Shown piece after piece: positions 48,201 to 60,000 of a stretch of DNA of 60,000 nt. The notes beneath the pieces were generated by a model, which was not told the origin of the DNA, made no database searches, and was given only the letters and a program-made list of their open reading frames with translations. Each line of letters starts with the position of its first letter. The stretch's first letter is position 1. A program made the position numbers and the translations under genes. This DNA comes from Lytechinus pictus (lineage: Eukaryota). Location: positions 41,418,001 to 41,478,000 of the forward strand of contig NC_087245.1 of the NCBI RefSeq assembly GCF_037042905.1, given 5' to 3'.

Positions 48201-51200
48201 TTTATTTTGTATCCTCCACAATATAAGTGGTTTGATGCATACTCATTCACACTGGCTAGCATAAATTGAATTTGCAAAATTAAAGACATTCTTTAATCCA
48301 TTGGGATATTGGTTTATTATGCTAAAACACACATTTTCCATAGACCTCAATCCAAATATATGCAGGATCAGTCTCAAATGGGTAAATATGATTTTCAGTA
48401 ATTACTTGATTATAAAGGGTCACATGCACTTGATAATAAAGGGTCACATGACCTACTAACCTGGTGTGGATCTACACCGAGCCTCATATCAAAGTACTCG
48501 ACAAAATCTGTGACATATTCACAATATAAGAAGTCATGCGTTGCGTTGATAGTCCTGACGCAGTAGTAAGAGTTGTTCATGGTGTTGAGGCAGGCACAGA
48601 TAGTGCCCTCTATGGTGAGATAGTGGAGAAAAAGGAAAAACAAAACTATTATCATTGTACATATTATGGAATTATTATGACAAAAAAAACCAAAACAAAT
48701 ATGAAAGATCTCCTTTGATTTGATAACATCATGGAATTCTAATATCAATAACAGGATCATGTGAAACATTTTAAAATGACCATGCATAATGTACTAATAA
48801 TTAAAGCTAATAAATGTGTAGAGTAATACCAGAGCTTCCAAGTCTCCCGGATCCTGCGGGAGAATACTGGATTGCGATCCAATCTCCCGTTCTCCCGACC
48901 CCATGCCAAAATCTCCCCGGCCGGATAATCAGGATTTTTAGCTGTTAAATTGTAAAATTCATACAAACGACTGTTTAACGAATCTAGCATGTTCAATTCC
49001 CTAACACCCACGTGGAACCTCCTTATCACATTTTCATTTTACCCAGTAACTTCTACCAGTTTTTGTATAATCGTACATTGATTTCCCATGTAAATGAAGA
49101 TAATTTTACTGAACGACTGGTGAAGTAGTCTAACAAGCCATTTTATTTCCGGGTTCTGCAATGTGTGATGAAAACTCTTCAGCGGTACTCTATGCACATG
49201 GCCCCCGATGCGCCCCGGCGCGCGGTGCTCCAGCCGGCCGCGCTGCGCCAGGAAGCTCCGAGAAGGAAAGTTCACGAATCACGAGCACTGCGAGGCATTT
49301 TTCGTAAGCTTGCTTGCGCCTTATTCGAGCTGAAACTGTGGATCAACGATGGGATTAACAAGGGGATTACTTTTACACCTCGACTTTCAGTTTCAGGAAT
49401 AATTTTATTGACAATCCTGAAAAATTAGAAGCAAAGTGGAGATTTTTTCGCCTACTTTCACTTGGGTTGATCGGATTCGAACATTTTCTCTTTCGTGAGT
49501 GAGCTAGCCTGGCGCTGGCTCAGTGGCTGGCTGAGCTGTGCGAAGCGTTAAGCACGCCCCGTCCCGATTTATCCACACTACAATCGCATCGCCAGTGACC
49601 ATGGAGATCAGGGGCCCGTTTCTCAACACCTGGACAAGTTAGTCATATCTTTATCCACCAACCACGGAGTTAGTTCCAATCTTACTAAACCTGTTTCACG
49701 AAAGGCTTCCTAACTAGAATACCTTGATATCGATACTCTCGGTAAAAAGAGCAGACGAGACGTAGCCTTAGTCACAAAATAGCATAATTTTCAAAAAGAA
49801 AAATTATGACAAAATTGCAAATATTGTGATAAATTGGGGAATACATCTTTTCAAAATAATAGCACATGTAAACTATGCATCATACATACTTAGACCATGA
49901 AGATTGGAGCATTCAATTGCTGAGAAAATTAAATTATGAATAGTTTATTTCATGACTAGAAAATCACATGTGGACGTTGAGATGGGTACCCCCGTGACAT
50001 CGAATTTTAATAGTTTACGAAAATAAACCATAACGGTTTTCTTTTTAAAATGATGATAATTATACGCCCTTCTACGATTCAAAACATCATCAAAATATAG
50101 TTTAACAAAACCAAACATAAATATTTGATACCGAAACATACGATTTGACAAATTCTATGCATAAATTAGAGATATAATTTATCCAAATGTTAATAGGGGT
50201 CTGAAAACAACAAATACGAGTCCAGTTATGGATGGCCTGACGTGGTAGAATCTTTATCGATTAAATCATTTTACTATTTCAAAGTGAATGGTTTTGTGGC
50301 GTTTTACCAACAGTTTTTATAGTTTCTTTGTATTAGAATTATCATTGAATGCATTATCCCACTTGTTTTGTGATGTAATTTCAACCTCTATGATTGATTA
50401 CGTAAGATTATTATTTTCAAATTTCTAGGCACTTTTGCATGTCATAGTCTACCCACGTGATGCCACTACGTCATTAAGAAAGAAGTTATGACAGGTTCGG
50501 AGGTGTCATAAATATTTAGTGAGGTTGTTGTACCCGATCTTGGTAAAGAGGGCTTCGTGAAACGGTTAGCGGACAAGTAGCTCACTATCTCCGATTTAGT
50601 CAAGAAGTTAGACTTATGACGGTGTTGAGAAACGGGCCCCTGGGAGATGAAGTCATCCAAGACCAAGACGACAAAATACTTGTCGAAGTATAAAGATACT
50701 TTTCAAGCAGAATGGGACTGTGTGACAGTTTTCACAGGAATCCCTCAGAGACTTTAAACAGTCCACATATAAAGCTCATTTACCATGTTTACCACTACTG
50801 CAGCCCCTTCCCCCTCTGGCCAATTAAAGGTATTTTCATGTTGAATGCATTCTTTTATGAATTATATAAAAAATCTACTGTATTGCCTGAAGTGTATATT
50901 TAGTCAATGACAATTCATGAATTCTCTCTAATGTGCATTTCATCTATCGGAATTTTTTTTGATGGTTTAGACAGCTGTCAATTACTATCAAATGATGTTT
51001 CTTAATGTGTTTTGCTACCCAAAACTCCCATCCGTGGGACAACGTTCCGCCGCTCCCTCACAAAATCATACCTCCGCGAAATCTACTGGATTCTATCATC
51101 CCAATGTTGGCAGCTCTGTAATACCATAAACGACATATTTCTCACCATCTCTAACCCAGACCTGCCAACCTCTGGGAATGAAAAATTGTATTCTGTGATA

Positions 51201-54200
51201 AAAAAAACCTGTATTTTTCCCCAAAAAAGTGTATTTCATAATAAAATGTGTGGCGCACTCGCTCATCGCGGCGCTCAAGCTGCATGCAAGCTTAAATGCG
51301 CACTGCTCTTGGAGATGGAAAAAAAAAATTGAAACATGTGCATATCTCACCCTGGTTTTAAACAAAATGATTGAAAAAAAAACAAGTTACCTGAAATTAC
51401 ATTGATCTAATAACCATATTTTGTGTAATTTTTATGAAATATAGACACATAGAGATGATTTTCCTCAATTAATTACGATTTTGTAAAAAAAAAAAATCAT
51501 TTTTTTTTTTTTTTTTGAAGGAAAAACGTACTGCCGTATTTTGGTTGCAAAAACGTACAAAATATGCCAAAAACGTACTGGTTGGCAGGTCTGCTACCCC
51601 CCCCCCCCCCCGATATCATTCTTACCAGTCCAGAATGGGGGAGTCTTCCAGTGATTATTGTCGAAATGGAAGCAGCTGAGCCTGGTTTGTTTGCAAGGTT
51701 TCCTCTCCTGTATGATGACTTTCCTCTTCAGCTTCTTAGCTCTGGCTTTGGCCTTCAATTTCTCCGACTTGGTCAGAACTTGGTTTTGGTCATCCCTTAA
51801 AAAAAAACCATAAGAATGGTGAAAATATTCATAGAAATCAGCTTCTTAGCTCTAGCTTTGACCTTCAATCTCTTATATTTCGTCAAGACGTGGTTTTTGG
51901 TCACCCTTTCAGAGAAAAAACACAAGATTGGTTGATTAGATTCATACATATAACTGTCCTGTCCTGCTTTTTGGCTCTAGCTTTGACCTTCTATCTATCC
52001 GATTTGGTCAGGACTAAGGTTATTTGGTCATCCCTTTCATAGAAAAAATAGATGATTCAAAGGGTCTACAAATAGATGAGCGATTAGAAGGGTCTACAAA
52101 TAAGGATAAATGCAGAGGAGACCATCTACTAGTAGCAGTGATGTGATGGTGGATGGATAAAGACATATCTACAGAGAGAATTAACAACATAGATAAAAAA
52201 AACAATTTGTAGGGGGATGATCAAGGAAACAGATGCGCTATGTAGGGCCCTGTTGCATAAAAGTTATAATTTTGGTAACTTTTATACAACGGTATCCATT
52301 GGTACCTTTCATGGAATCCTTGATTTTGACTGGCTGATGAGCATTGTAACCATGGTAGTTACCATTTGATGGCAAAGTTACTATAATAGTAACCTTTATG
52401 CAACGTGGTCTAGGACTTGGTTACAGTCATCCCTCTCATAGAAAGAACAAAACTTGATACTAACAGATATATGGTGAAGTAACAAAGAGGGGGTATTTTA
52501 TTGTGGCAGCGGTGGGATGATAGATGAAGACATATGCAGAAAAAGATTGATACAAGGAAAAGAAAGAGATATTGGGAGGCAGGTAGCAAGGGGGAAAAGT
52601 TACCAAGGGAGCATTTCATGAAAGGCCTTGACAGACGTTTTATCCGCGAAGTCTTGTTTTATCCGACAGTCAACATGCTTCTTAGCCAATCAAGATCAAG
52701 GAAAGTTTCAAATTTGACAACTTGTCAAACATCAAATGCTGATGAAATACTCCCCTGATTTTGGTCATGTTCGTAGTTCTGATTTGATCAAGTAATTTAA
52801 AGTTTAAAAACTAGTACCCACACGTGGAATACTATAAACTTGAAAGGTCTTTCCACTTTCTTGGTAGCCCATGTCTTGGATAAAAACAGGTTACATGTTC
52901 AGATAGAGTATCATGACAACCATCTTGTCTTTACTTACCTCTGCATCTGTAGCAATGGACTCTCAATATAATCCTCCACATTGTCTTCACCACCCTTGGA
53001 GCCGTCATCATCATCGTCGTCATCCTCAGGATCAACGATGTCCTCCTGATCGATCATGGGAATCTCAATCTCTAGATCCTGATCCTCCACTTCTAACACC
53101 TCAACATCCTTACATGTACACTCCTCCCCGAGGACTCCCACTTCAGGATCCGTTGCTGGCTCCTTTTTCCCATTAGGACGCCCTCCATTGGGGTCTTCCC
53201 CTCTAGTCCTGTCTTTGTTCTTGGCAGGGCCTGTTCCTCTCTGTTCACCATCTGCTTCCACGTCCTCTCTCTGGGTGTCTGAGACAGTGTTTTGTCCAAT
53301 GTTCTCAAAGTTTCTCAGGACGCTTGATGAAACAGTTCTTTCTTGAGGAGGAGTTGCTGTACTCTGACCTCTTGGGATGTCTTCACCGCCATCTGTGAGG
53401 AAATCTTGTTCTTCTGAAAGCTCGATGCTGAAGGCCGTTTTCTCCCCAGGGAATGTGTCCAGGAGCTCCTTTTCTGGGCGGTAATTCTTCAGGAAAGTCT
53501 TGATTTCCTTGAGTTTGTCCATGTAGCGCCTCAGGTATCTCAGCTGGTTCTCTACCGATTTCCTGTGCTCCTTCCAAGCCTGCCTGGAAGAAAATACCTG
53601 AAGTGAAAAAGCAAGAGAAAGGCTGATGAAACCAATGTAAATGTTTCAAGTGCTACTGTTGCAATTAGCCATGAGGTAAAGGATGAGTATAACGACAAGG
53701 AAGGTATAGGTGGCTGGTACATGCTTCTGACTCTCATGTTTTAAAGGAGAATGAAACTCTTGGAGCAAGTTAGCTTTTGTGAAAGCAGAAAAATCAAAGA
53801 ATAAGATCAACAAAAGTTTGAGTAAAACAGGACTAGCAATAGAAGAGTTATGAGCATTTGAATGTCGAGATCACTAATGCTATGGAGATCCTCCAATTGG
53901 CAATGCGACCAAGATCTATGATGTCACAGATGAACAACTCTCCCCTTTTGGACACTGAAAATATACCCCAAAACATCTCTTTTTGCTCATTCTAATCATA
54001 TGACAAACGATTCATCAATGATATAATGTTGTGAAACCTCTGTACTTGTCCTCTCATAAAGAGAACACCTCACATTGTGATAGACTCTATAAAAGTGAGA
54101 ATATAAGTGAAATAAGTACTAAAGTAGTGAGGGAGTTGTACGTGTGTGACATCACAGATCTTGGTCGCATTGCCAATAGGAGGATCTACATGGCATTAGT

Positions 54201-57200
54201 GATCTCAATATTCAAATGCTCATAACTTTCTTATTAATCATTCAATCTTCCTCAAACTTTCAACAATATGTTTCTTTGATTTTTCTCTTTGATATGGATT
54301 CAGCTGGTTTCAAGGGTTTCATTCTCCTTTAAGAGGATTGGGTTCATATCTCACCAAAGACACACGTTTTCCTTCAGCAAGAAATTTACCCATATTGTGC
54401 TGCACTCAACCCAGTTGAAGTGCCTGCATGGGTCCCGAGCCAACAGGATAAACTTCCCTAATAGAGGCATAATTTATGCAATTGCTAAGGGAACGGATTC
54501 TACAACACAGAGACTCTATTGAAAATGCCTGTCAAATCACAATGAACGGCTTATTCGAGGTCTTTGTCGGAAATTGGTGAACCGGGCCAGCAGATCGACC
54601 TAAGATTCATAGCTGACGAAAAAATGCGATATGTAATTTTCTAAGAGTCTAGGACTGCACTGCTGTTTTGATTCACAGATTTTCAACAAAAGCTGCTTTG
54701 TCACAAAGGACTCTTGACAATAGATTCTTAATGCTCCAGAAAACATCTGGGACGTGGTTGCGAAGACTCCCTATCGTAGAAAGGAGAGAAAAAAACTTAC
54801 CTCATTATCACAGATGATTGTCTCATTCTGTAGGATCTCACACATAGTCTCCAGACCCGCATTGTCAATGACCTCGTTGTTGATATCATCCTCTTCATCC
54901 TCTGCAGGGGTATCTCTCTTCCCTCGTACAGAACTCCTGGATTTAGAACCACCTAAATTTCAATCAAGGATTCATTCATTTCTAGTTCTGAATTATTCAA
55001 TATCATTTTGATGAGATATGGACAGGAACAGAAAACTTGATGAAGTTTGATAACAAAAGAGAATTTTTCTATACCACATAGTCATTATTCGTAAAAAAAA
55101 ATTATGAGTGAATGGTGTAATATGCATATTATGTTTTCTTCTTCTTCTTCAGCTATAATCTTCAAAGGCCTAGCTCGAAGATGAAATAAACATGGATGTT
55201 AGTTACATGTATGAGTGAAGGGTATTTTCAAAGTAGTTTCGCAAAAGATTTGGGAAGCTGTCAAGCAAAACTGCATTTAATATTTGATGAGGGGGTTTAT
55301 TCCATTCAAACTTGCCCTTACCAGATAAGAATAGCAGAGATTTTATTGTTATCACTATTTATGATGAATAAATATAGCATTAGCCTGTGGAGGGCTCTAA
55401 AACTTGTCCTTCACCTACCCTTATTGGAGTTGCTTTGGAGTTTCAAGATCTTTCTCTGCTGTCTCCTCTCGGTCTTGGACATGTCCTTGAAACCTCCAGT
55501 CACCACAGGGGGCGGGGTACAAACGCACTTCTTCTTACTCTTCGCACGACACTTGCGCAGGTGGAGGGATCCGTCCGGATCCTCGACACACACCTTGGAC
55601 TGTGGGATGGACAAGAGAATGGGCATTACTGTCAGTCACACAAAAAAAATCAAAGAAATCATTCTGCGTTTATAGTCCCCAAAATACATCCTTTCTCTAT
55701 TTTTCCTTCCACTTTACAACTTTCTAGGGCAAGAAATGCATTCTGTATCAATTTTAGGTCCTGGATCCAATTACAAATCTTGCAAAGTGATCACTTGTCT
55801 GCTTCTTAAACAGAAAGTATCTGTTTATCTGCAATATTTATCAATTGCAAAATTGATTGCAAATATTCTTAGAAACATTTCCTCAAATGGATATGTGAAC
55901 TACATTATGCGGGTAGAAAGACATAAAGATAAGGGTATTACAGAGCACTTTAATATTCATGTTTCAGGAAGATTTTCACAGACGTGGGAGGTGTTTCACA
56001 AAAATTTAAGTGTGACTTTAAGACATGCTTAGTGCTCATGCACACATGATTATGTAACATGCAATTGCATTGATTAATACGCAGAAGTCTCACGCCTTTT
56101 ATTCGGCACGTAACTGGACACTTAAGTATGACTCTAAGTCATACTTAACTCTTAATGAAACACCCCCCCCCCCTGGTATTACAAAGGTATCGAACCTGTC
56201 CCCATTTGCACGGTGGTTGAAGATCTGGGTTTTCACACTCTTGTTTCAGTAACTCTGATTTGGTGGGTCTGTTCACACGTTCCATATAGCGTCCCATTTC
56301 TTCTGGTGATCTCCTGTGTAGTACAATTAATAACATGATGCAAAACAACATTAATTCCAAGATCGAAACATACATAGAAATAAATGGTTAATTTTTGATA
56401 AGAATCAAATCATCATAGCTGCAAGGCCAATTTGTGATATATATACAAGGTGATAATGGCTCAAAAATCATTCAAATTTAAACACCTATAATAAATAAAC
56501 AAATAAACAAATATATTATGGTTTGAATGAGGCTGTAATTGTGGGATTTTAGATATAACACACTAACAACCCCCCCCCCAAAAAAAAAAGGTCAGTAAAG
56601 AGTTATGGGTATGCTATTGCATCACATTCAGTTATGTCTAAATGAAAACCGAAATATTCAACAGTTTAACATTAATATTAAACAATCCTTGCAGTATATT
56701 TGAGCCTATAGCTGCAGTGTTATAGCACGAATAATTTGAGCGATTAGTGGCAATGGGATAGAATATCTAAAAAGGTGGATCGTTTTCTCTTTTTTTTCAA
56801 ATATATGGTCAAATTTAAAGAAAATGTGAATGGGGTCGAAGAAGAAAACGCATATACTCACGTTTTCTCCACTAGGAATGACTCTCTCCAGGGCTCATTC
56901 CCGATATATTTCCATTTCTTGCTTTTCCTGGCAATCTTATAGCTTGAATATGGAATAAGAGCAAGGTAAAACACTTACAGATTAAAGATTCCGGACTTAA
57001 TTTGAATCATCATTCAATGCACATACTATCTATGTAACCTGTGTCTGTAATCTTTTCAAGATTGGGTTTATTTCATTATTTTGTGTTTTTCTTAACAAAT
57101 TTTGTTATTAAAGATGACTGGGCAAATTAGGCATCTGGGCCTTATCTTGTAAAAATTTTAAATGATTCAGTAATGTCAATACCAAGGAAAGTCAACAACA

Positions 57201-59191
57201 CAAATAACTTGTTATGTAAGGCAGTTCCTTAGCAAAAAGAAAGGACTACACTGATTGGTCAAATTGTAACTCATTCAATAATGAAGTCCTTAAAGGTATT
57301 GTTTAACTTTATTGAGAATGAAAAGCTAAAACTACAAGGCAAACCCCGATTTTGTAAATAGGCGTCTTATAGACGCCTAAATAGTACACATAAGTGTATG
57401 GGATGAAATTTAGATGGTGTTTTCGGTCAATTTATATTTCAATTTTTGAAGCACTAAATAATTATTTTCGAACGCAATTTTTTCTGGGCTTCATTTTTGT
57501 AACATATCACAGACACAGGTAACAATTGTGACCTTCTAGCTCAGATTTTTTAAAAGTCAAACCAATGTTAACCAATCACTTTAATATTGACCATGTGTAA
57601 ACTTGGACTAAGAACTGAAGATGACTTATATTTTTAGAGTTTGCTTGTAGTATTTATAGATGTAGATTGTAGAATAAAAGGTAAAAAATGAATTTTAAAA
57701 ACTTGAAGAAACTCTAAAATGATCCACTCCGGAAAATGTTGGTGATACTTACTTTGATATAGGTTTGAATAATTTCATGATTGATGTTCCATCCATGTGC
57801 GGTGGAATATTCACCCCCGCCATATCCAACATGGTAGGTGCCAGGTCTATGTTCAACACTATATTTGGAACTCTATATTTTTAATAAAAGGGGACAAAAA
57901 CTATTGCTTAATGTATTATCATCAAACACTTTGATGATGAATATAAAAACATAACAAAATAATAAAACAACTCAATACAAAATAAAATAAAATACAAGTA
58001 AAGAAATGAAATCACAAAACTTGGCCTGTGAAATATATTCTAGACAATCAATGTGAAGCTGAATAATAATGGTGTCAAGAAAACTAAGCAATTCGATTTT
58101 CATTTTACCTGAACACTTGGTCTTCAGGCAAACTACAGATCATTTATCTGTATTTTTTTTCTCCAATGGATATCGTATTCTTCATGAGTTTCATACCAAC
58201 AATGATTAAAATTTATGATAATGGCGAAAAGTTGTAATGAAGTATTTAAAGGGCAAGTCCACCCCAACAAAAATTTGGTTTGAATAAAAAGGGAAAAATC
58301 CAATAAGCATAACACTGAAAATTTCATCAAAATCGGATGTAAAATAAGGAAGTTATGATATTTCAAAGTTTCGCTTAATTTCACAAAACAGTTATATGCA
58401 CATCCTGGTCAGTATGAAAATGAGGAGACTGATGACATCATCCACTCACTATTTCTTTTGTATTTTATTATATGAAATATGAAAAATTATAATTTTCTCC
58501 TCATTGTCAATTAAGTGAAACAATGATTAATTCCTCCCTGAACACATGGAATTAGCATTGTTGAATACTATATGGATCAGTCAAGTTTGTCCTCATTGTC
58601 AAATCTGTAAAAAATGAAATATTGTATAATTCAGACAATAACAAACAAAAGAAATAGTGAGTGATGGACATCATCGACTGACTCATTTCCATGTCACTGA
58701 GTTGTGCATATCACTGTATTGTGAAAAATAGCGAAACTTTAAAATACCATAACTTTTTAATTTTACATCCGATTTTGAAGAAATTTTCAGCATTATGCTA
58801 GTTTGATTTTTCTCTATTTATTAAAAGCAACATTTTTCTGGGGTGGACTTGACCTTTAATGATAAATTGATAGTTTCAGTCATGAAGTTCACAGTAAAAA
58901 AGGGATCATAATCACATAGTTTTTTCAGAAATATCATGAGAATTGGAGAACAAAACAAACATGAGAGGAAAACTGGAATATTCAAGGAATAAGGGGAAAA
59001 AATGACTAACATTACCTGATACCATGAGGTACATCAGGGCCTCTGATATAAAACGGTACTCTGATATCAGTATCATATGCATTGGATTTCCCTTTCAGCA
59101 TGTTGAATTGACCAAGATGATAGCCATGATCAGAAGTCATCAGTATATAGGTGTTATCTAACTCTCCTAACAATTCCAATTCCCGACAAAG
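42216..59191 (-). CDS. SULF1: Extracellular sulfatase Sulf (heparan sulfate 6-O-endosulfatase, SULF1/SULF2 family); 3' 12 exons, about 672 aa, 5' part outside the window
   Basis: Exons 59016-59191, 57753-57872, 56862-56942, 56196-56313, 55419-55599, 54801-54952, 52939-53597, 51626-51795, 48461-48609, 46814-46946, 46176-46224 and 42216-42246, all in phase. Motifs [76 protein letters not shown] and C-terminal LWNGWEG*. Confidence 0.95.
42381..43585. repeat. (GAT/GGT)n-derived low-complexity tract with ~90-bp higher-order units
   Basis: About 5 units containing GTCAGATGATGATCGTGATGAAGATGGCGACAATGG; lies in the last Sulf intron. Confidence 0.95.
43992..44385. mobile_element. TTAA-flanked MITE family E
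   Basis: TTAA-AGGTAAATTCCAGT...ACTGTAATTTAGCT-TTAA. Confidence 0.7.
44940..45535. mobile_element. Kolobok-like MITE, family B relative (a decayed relative lies at about 25093-25620)
   Basis: TTAA-AGGAGAATGAAACC...GGTTTCATTCCCCT-TTAA. Confidence 0.8.
45647..45807. repeat. Compound (CCAT/CTAT/CTGT)n microsatellite
   Basis: Seen directly. Confidence 0.9.
46176..46224 (-). CDS. SULF1: Sulf penultimate mini-exon
   Basis: ttcag|[15 protein letters not shown]|gtatcg; bridges phase 1 to phase 2, as needed for the terminal exon. Confidence 0.7.
46814..46946 (-). CDS. SULF1: Sulf exon
   Basis: [33 protein letters not shown]. Confidence 0.93.
47279..48116. mobile_element. Helentron/HINE-like element, second full copy
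   Basis: GTCTCGCCTGCAT/ATGCAGGCGAGAC; same tandem units. Confidence 0.7.
48461..48609 (-). CDS. SULF1: Sulf exon (C-terminal domain)
   Basis: [49 protein letters not shown]. Confidence 0.96.
49609..50642. mobile_element. Non-autonomous TIR element
   Basis: 22-bp perfect TIR CAGGGGCCCGTTTCTCAACACC; flanking 6-bp direct repeat GGAGAT. Confidence 0.75.
51626..51795 (-). CDS. SULF1: Sulf exon
   Basis: [25 protein letters not shown]...[23 protein letters not shown]. Confidence 0.95.
52939..53597 (-). CDS. SULF1: Sulf exon (coiled coil plus long acidic insertion)
   Basis: [41 protein letters not shown]...EECTC...DDDDDDD...|gtaagt. Confidence 0.9.
53741..54332. mobile_element. Kolobok-like MITE family B
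   Basis: TTAA TSD; reverse complement of 7205-7796. Confidence 0.85.
54801..54952 (-). CDS. SULF1: Sulf exon (furin-type RGKR site)
   Basis: [15 protein letters not shown]...[16 protein letters not shown]|gtaagt. Confidence 0.9.
55419..55599 (-). CDS. SULF1: Sulf exon (hydrophilic domain)
   Basis: [27 protein letters not shown]... Confidence 0.9.
56196..56313 (-). CDS. SULF1: Sulf exon (hydrophilic domain)
   Basis: RSPEEMGRY...[17 protein letters not shown]|gttcga (weak donor, but phase-consistent). Confidence 0.85.
56862..56942 (-). CDS. SULF1: Sulf exon
   Basis: [26 protein letters not shown]|gtgagt. Confidence 0.9.
57753..57872 (-). CDS. SULF1: Sulf exon
   Basis: [35 protein letters not shown]. 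Confidence 0.96.
58246..58859. mobile_element. Kolobok-like MITE family A
   Basis: TTAA TSD and the same TIRs. Confidence 0.85.
59016..59191 (-). CDS. SULF1: Sulf exon (catalytic domain)
   Basis: [52 protein letters not shown]. Confidence 0.96.
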
Positions 59192-60000
59192 CTGTATAAA
59201 AGAAGCAAAAGACAAAACGTATAGTTACAATTGATGCATAGATGATTAGAATGAAGTAAGGTAATAACAACATGATATGCAGGTCTGGTAGGAGAACAGT
59301 TTACAAGAGCTGAAGAGGCTACCCTGGGTAAATAAGAATTATCATTATTTTCTATTTGATATAAATCTTATCATCAATTCTATTTTGTTAAGCATATAAT
59401 ACTGGGCCCCCTTCTTTTAAACAAGAATGGCAGTTTTTCTAGAATTAAAAAAGGGTATTATGGGAATTACTACATTTCCAATTCTCTGCAAAGCTGAAGA
59501 AAAAGAAGCAAACGACAGAATGTTTGATTAAAATTTGAAAACAGTTTTATTTCAATAAACAGTAATTAAAACCATCATTGGGCAAATTTCCTTGATACAT
59601 TGCTAGGGTTCTGATGTGAAAAGAAAGACATCTCTAACAAGCATTATTCAACTGATTTAAGAGCTGATGTCCTTTTGCACTACAGGGAACCGTTTCACAA
59701 AGAGTTACAACTATTGTAATTTTGCCATTATGGCAACTAAGAAGGTCAGCAGCCAAATCACAATCAAGCTTTCCAAAAACTGGAAGTCTTTGTGAAACTG
59801 ATGGCCTCTGGAGCACAACATTATGTATTACTTCAAAATATTGACACCTTGATCATAAGAATAATGTAATCTTATGAGCATTCAACAATGATTTTTCCCC
59901 TTATTTCCACGACAGATTTTTAAGTAAGAATTTCCTTGACAGAATTTTTCCTTTGACAGCAGGTTTGAAACTCTACAAAAAAAAGGAAAAAAGGATTTGA

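Overview
Eukaryotic, AT-rich, repeat-dense animal genomic DNA. The repeat families and gene style suggest a marine invertebrate deuterostome such as a sea urchin, but this is inference. Three spliced protein-coding genes can be rebuilt by hand with phase-consistent GT-AG junctions. (1) A complete 6-exon RPL7/uL30 gene on the minus strand (1842-13106, 247 aa) with a TCT/5'TOP start. (2) A complete 6-exon gene on the plus strand (22084-29011, 198 aa) encoding a signal peptide plus a stand-alone cereblon-type CULT (thalidomide-binding) domain. (3) The last 12 exons of an extracellular heparan-sulfate sulfatase (SULF1/2 family) on the minus strand (42216-59191), which continues beyond the window. 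RPL7 introns hold an H/ACA snoRNA candidate and a longer, highly structured unexplained segment. The rest is non-autonomous DNA transposons (TTAA-flanked Kolobok-like and piggyBac-like, hAT-like with 8-bp TSDs, one EnSpm/CACTA-like, Helentron-like elements with internal tandem arrays), tRNA-derived SINEs, a decayed L1/Tx1 LINE, decayed Gypsy pol fragments and microsatellites. Most short ORFs in the supplied track are spurious.
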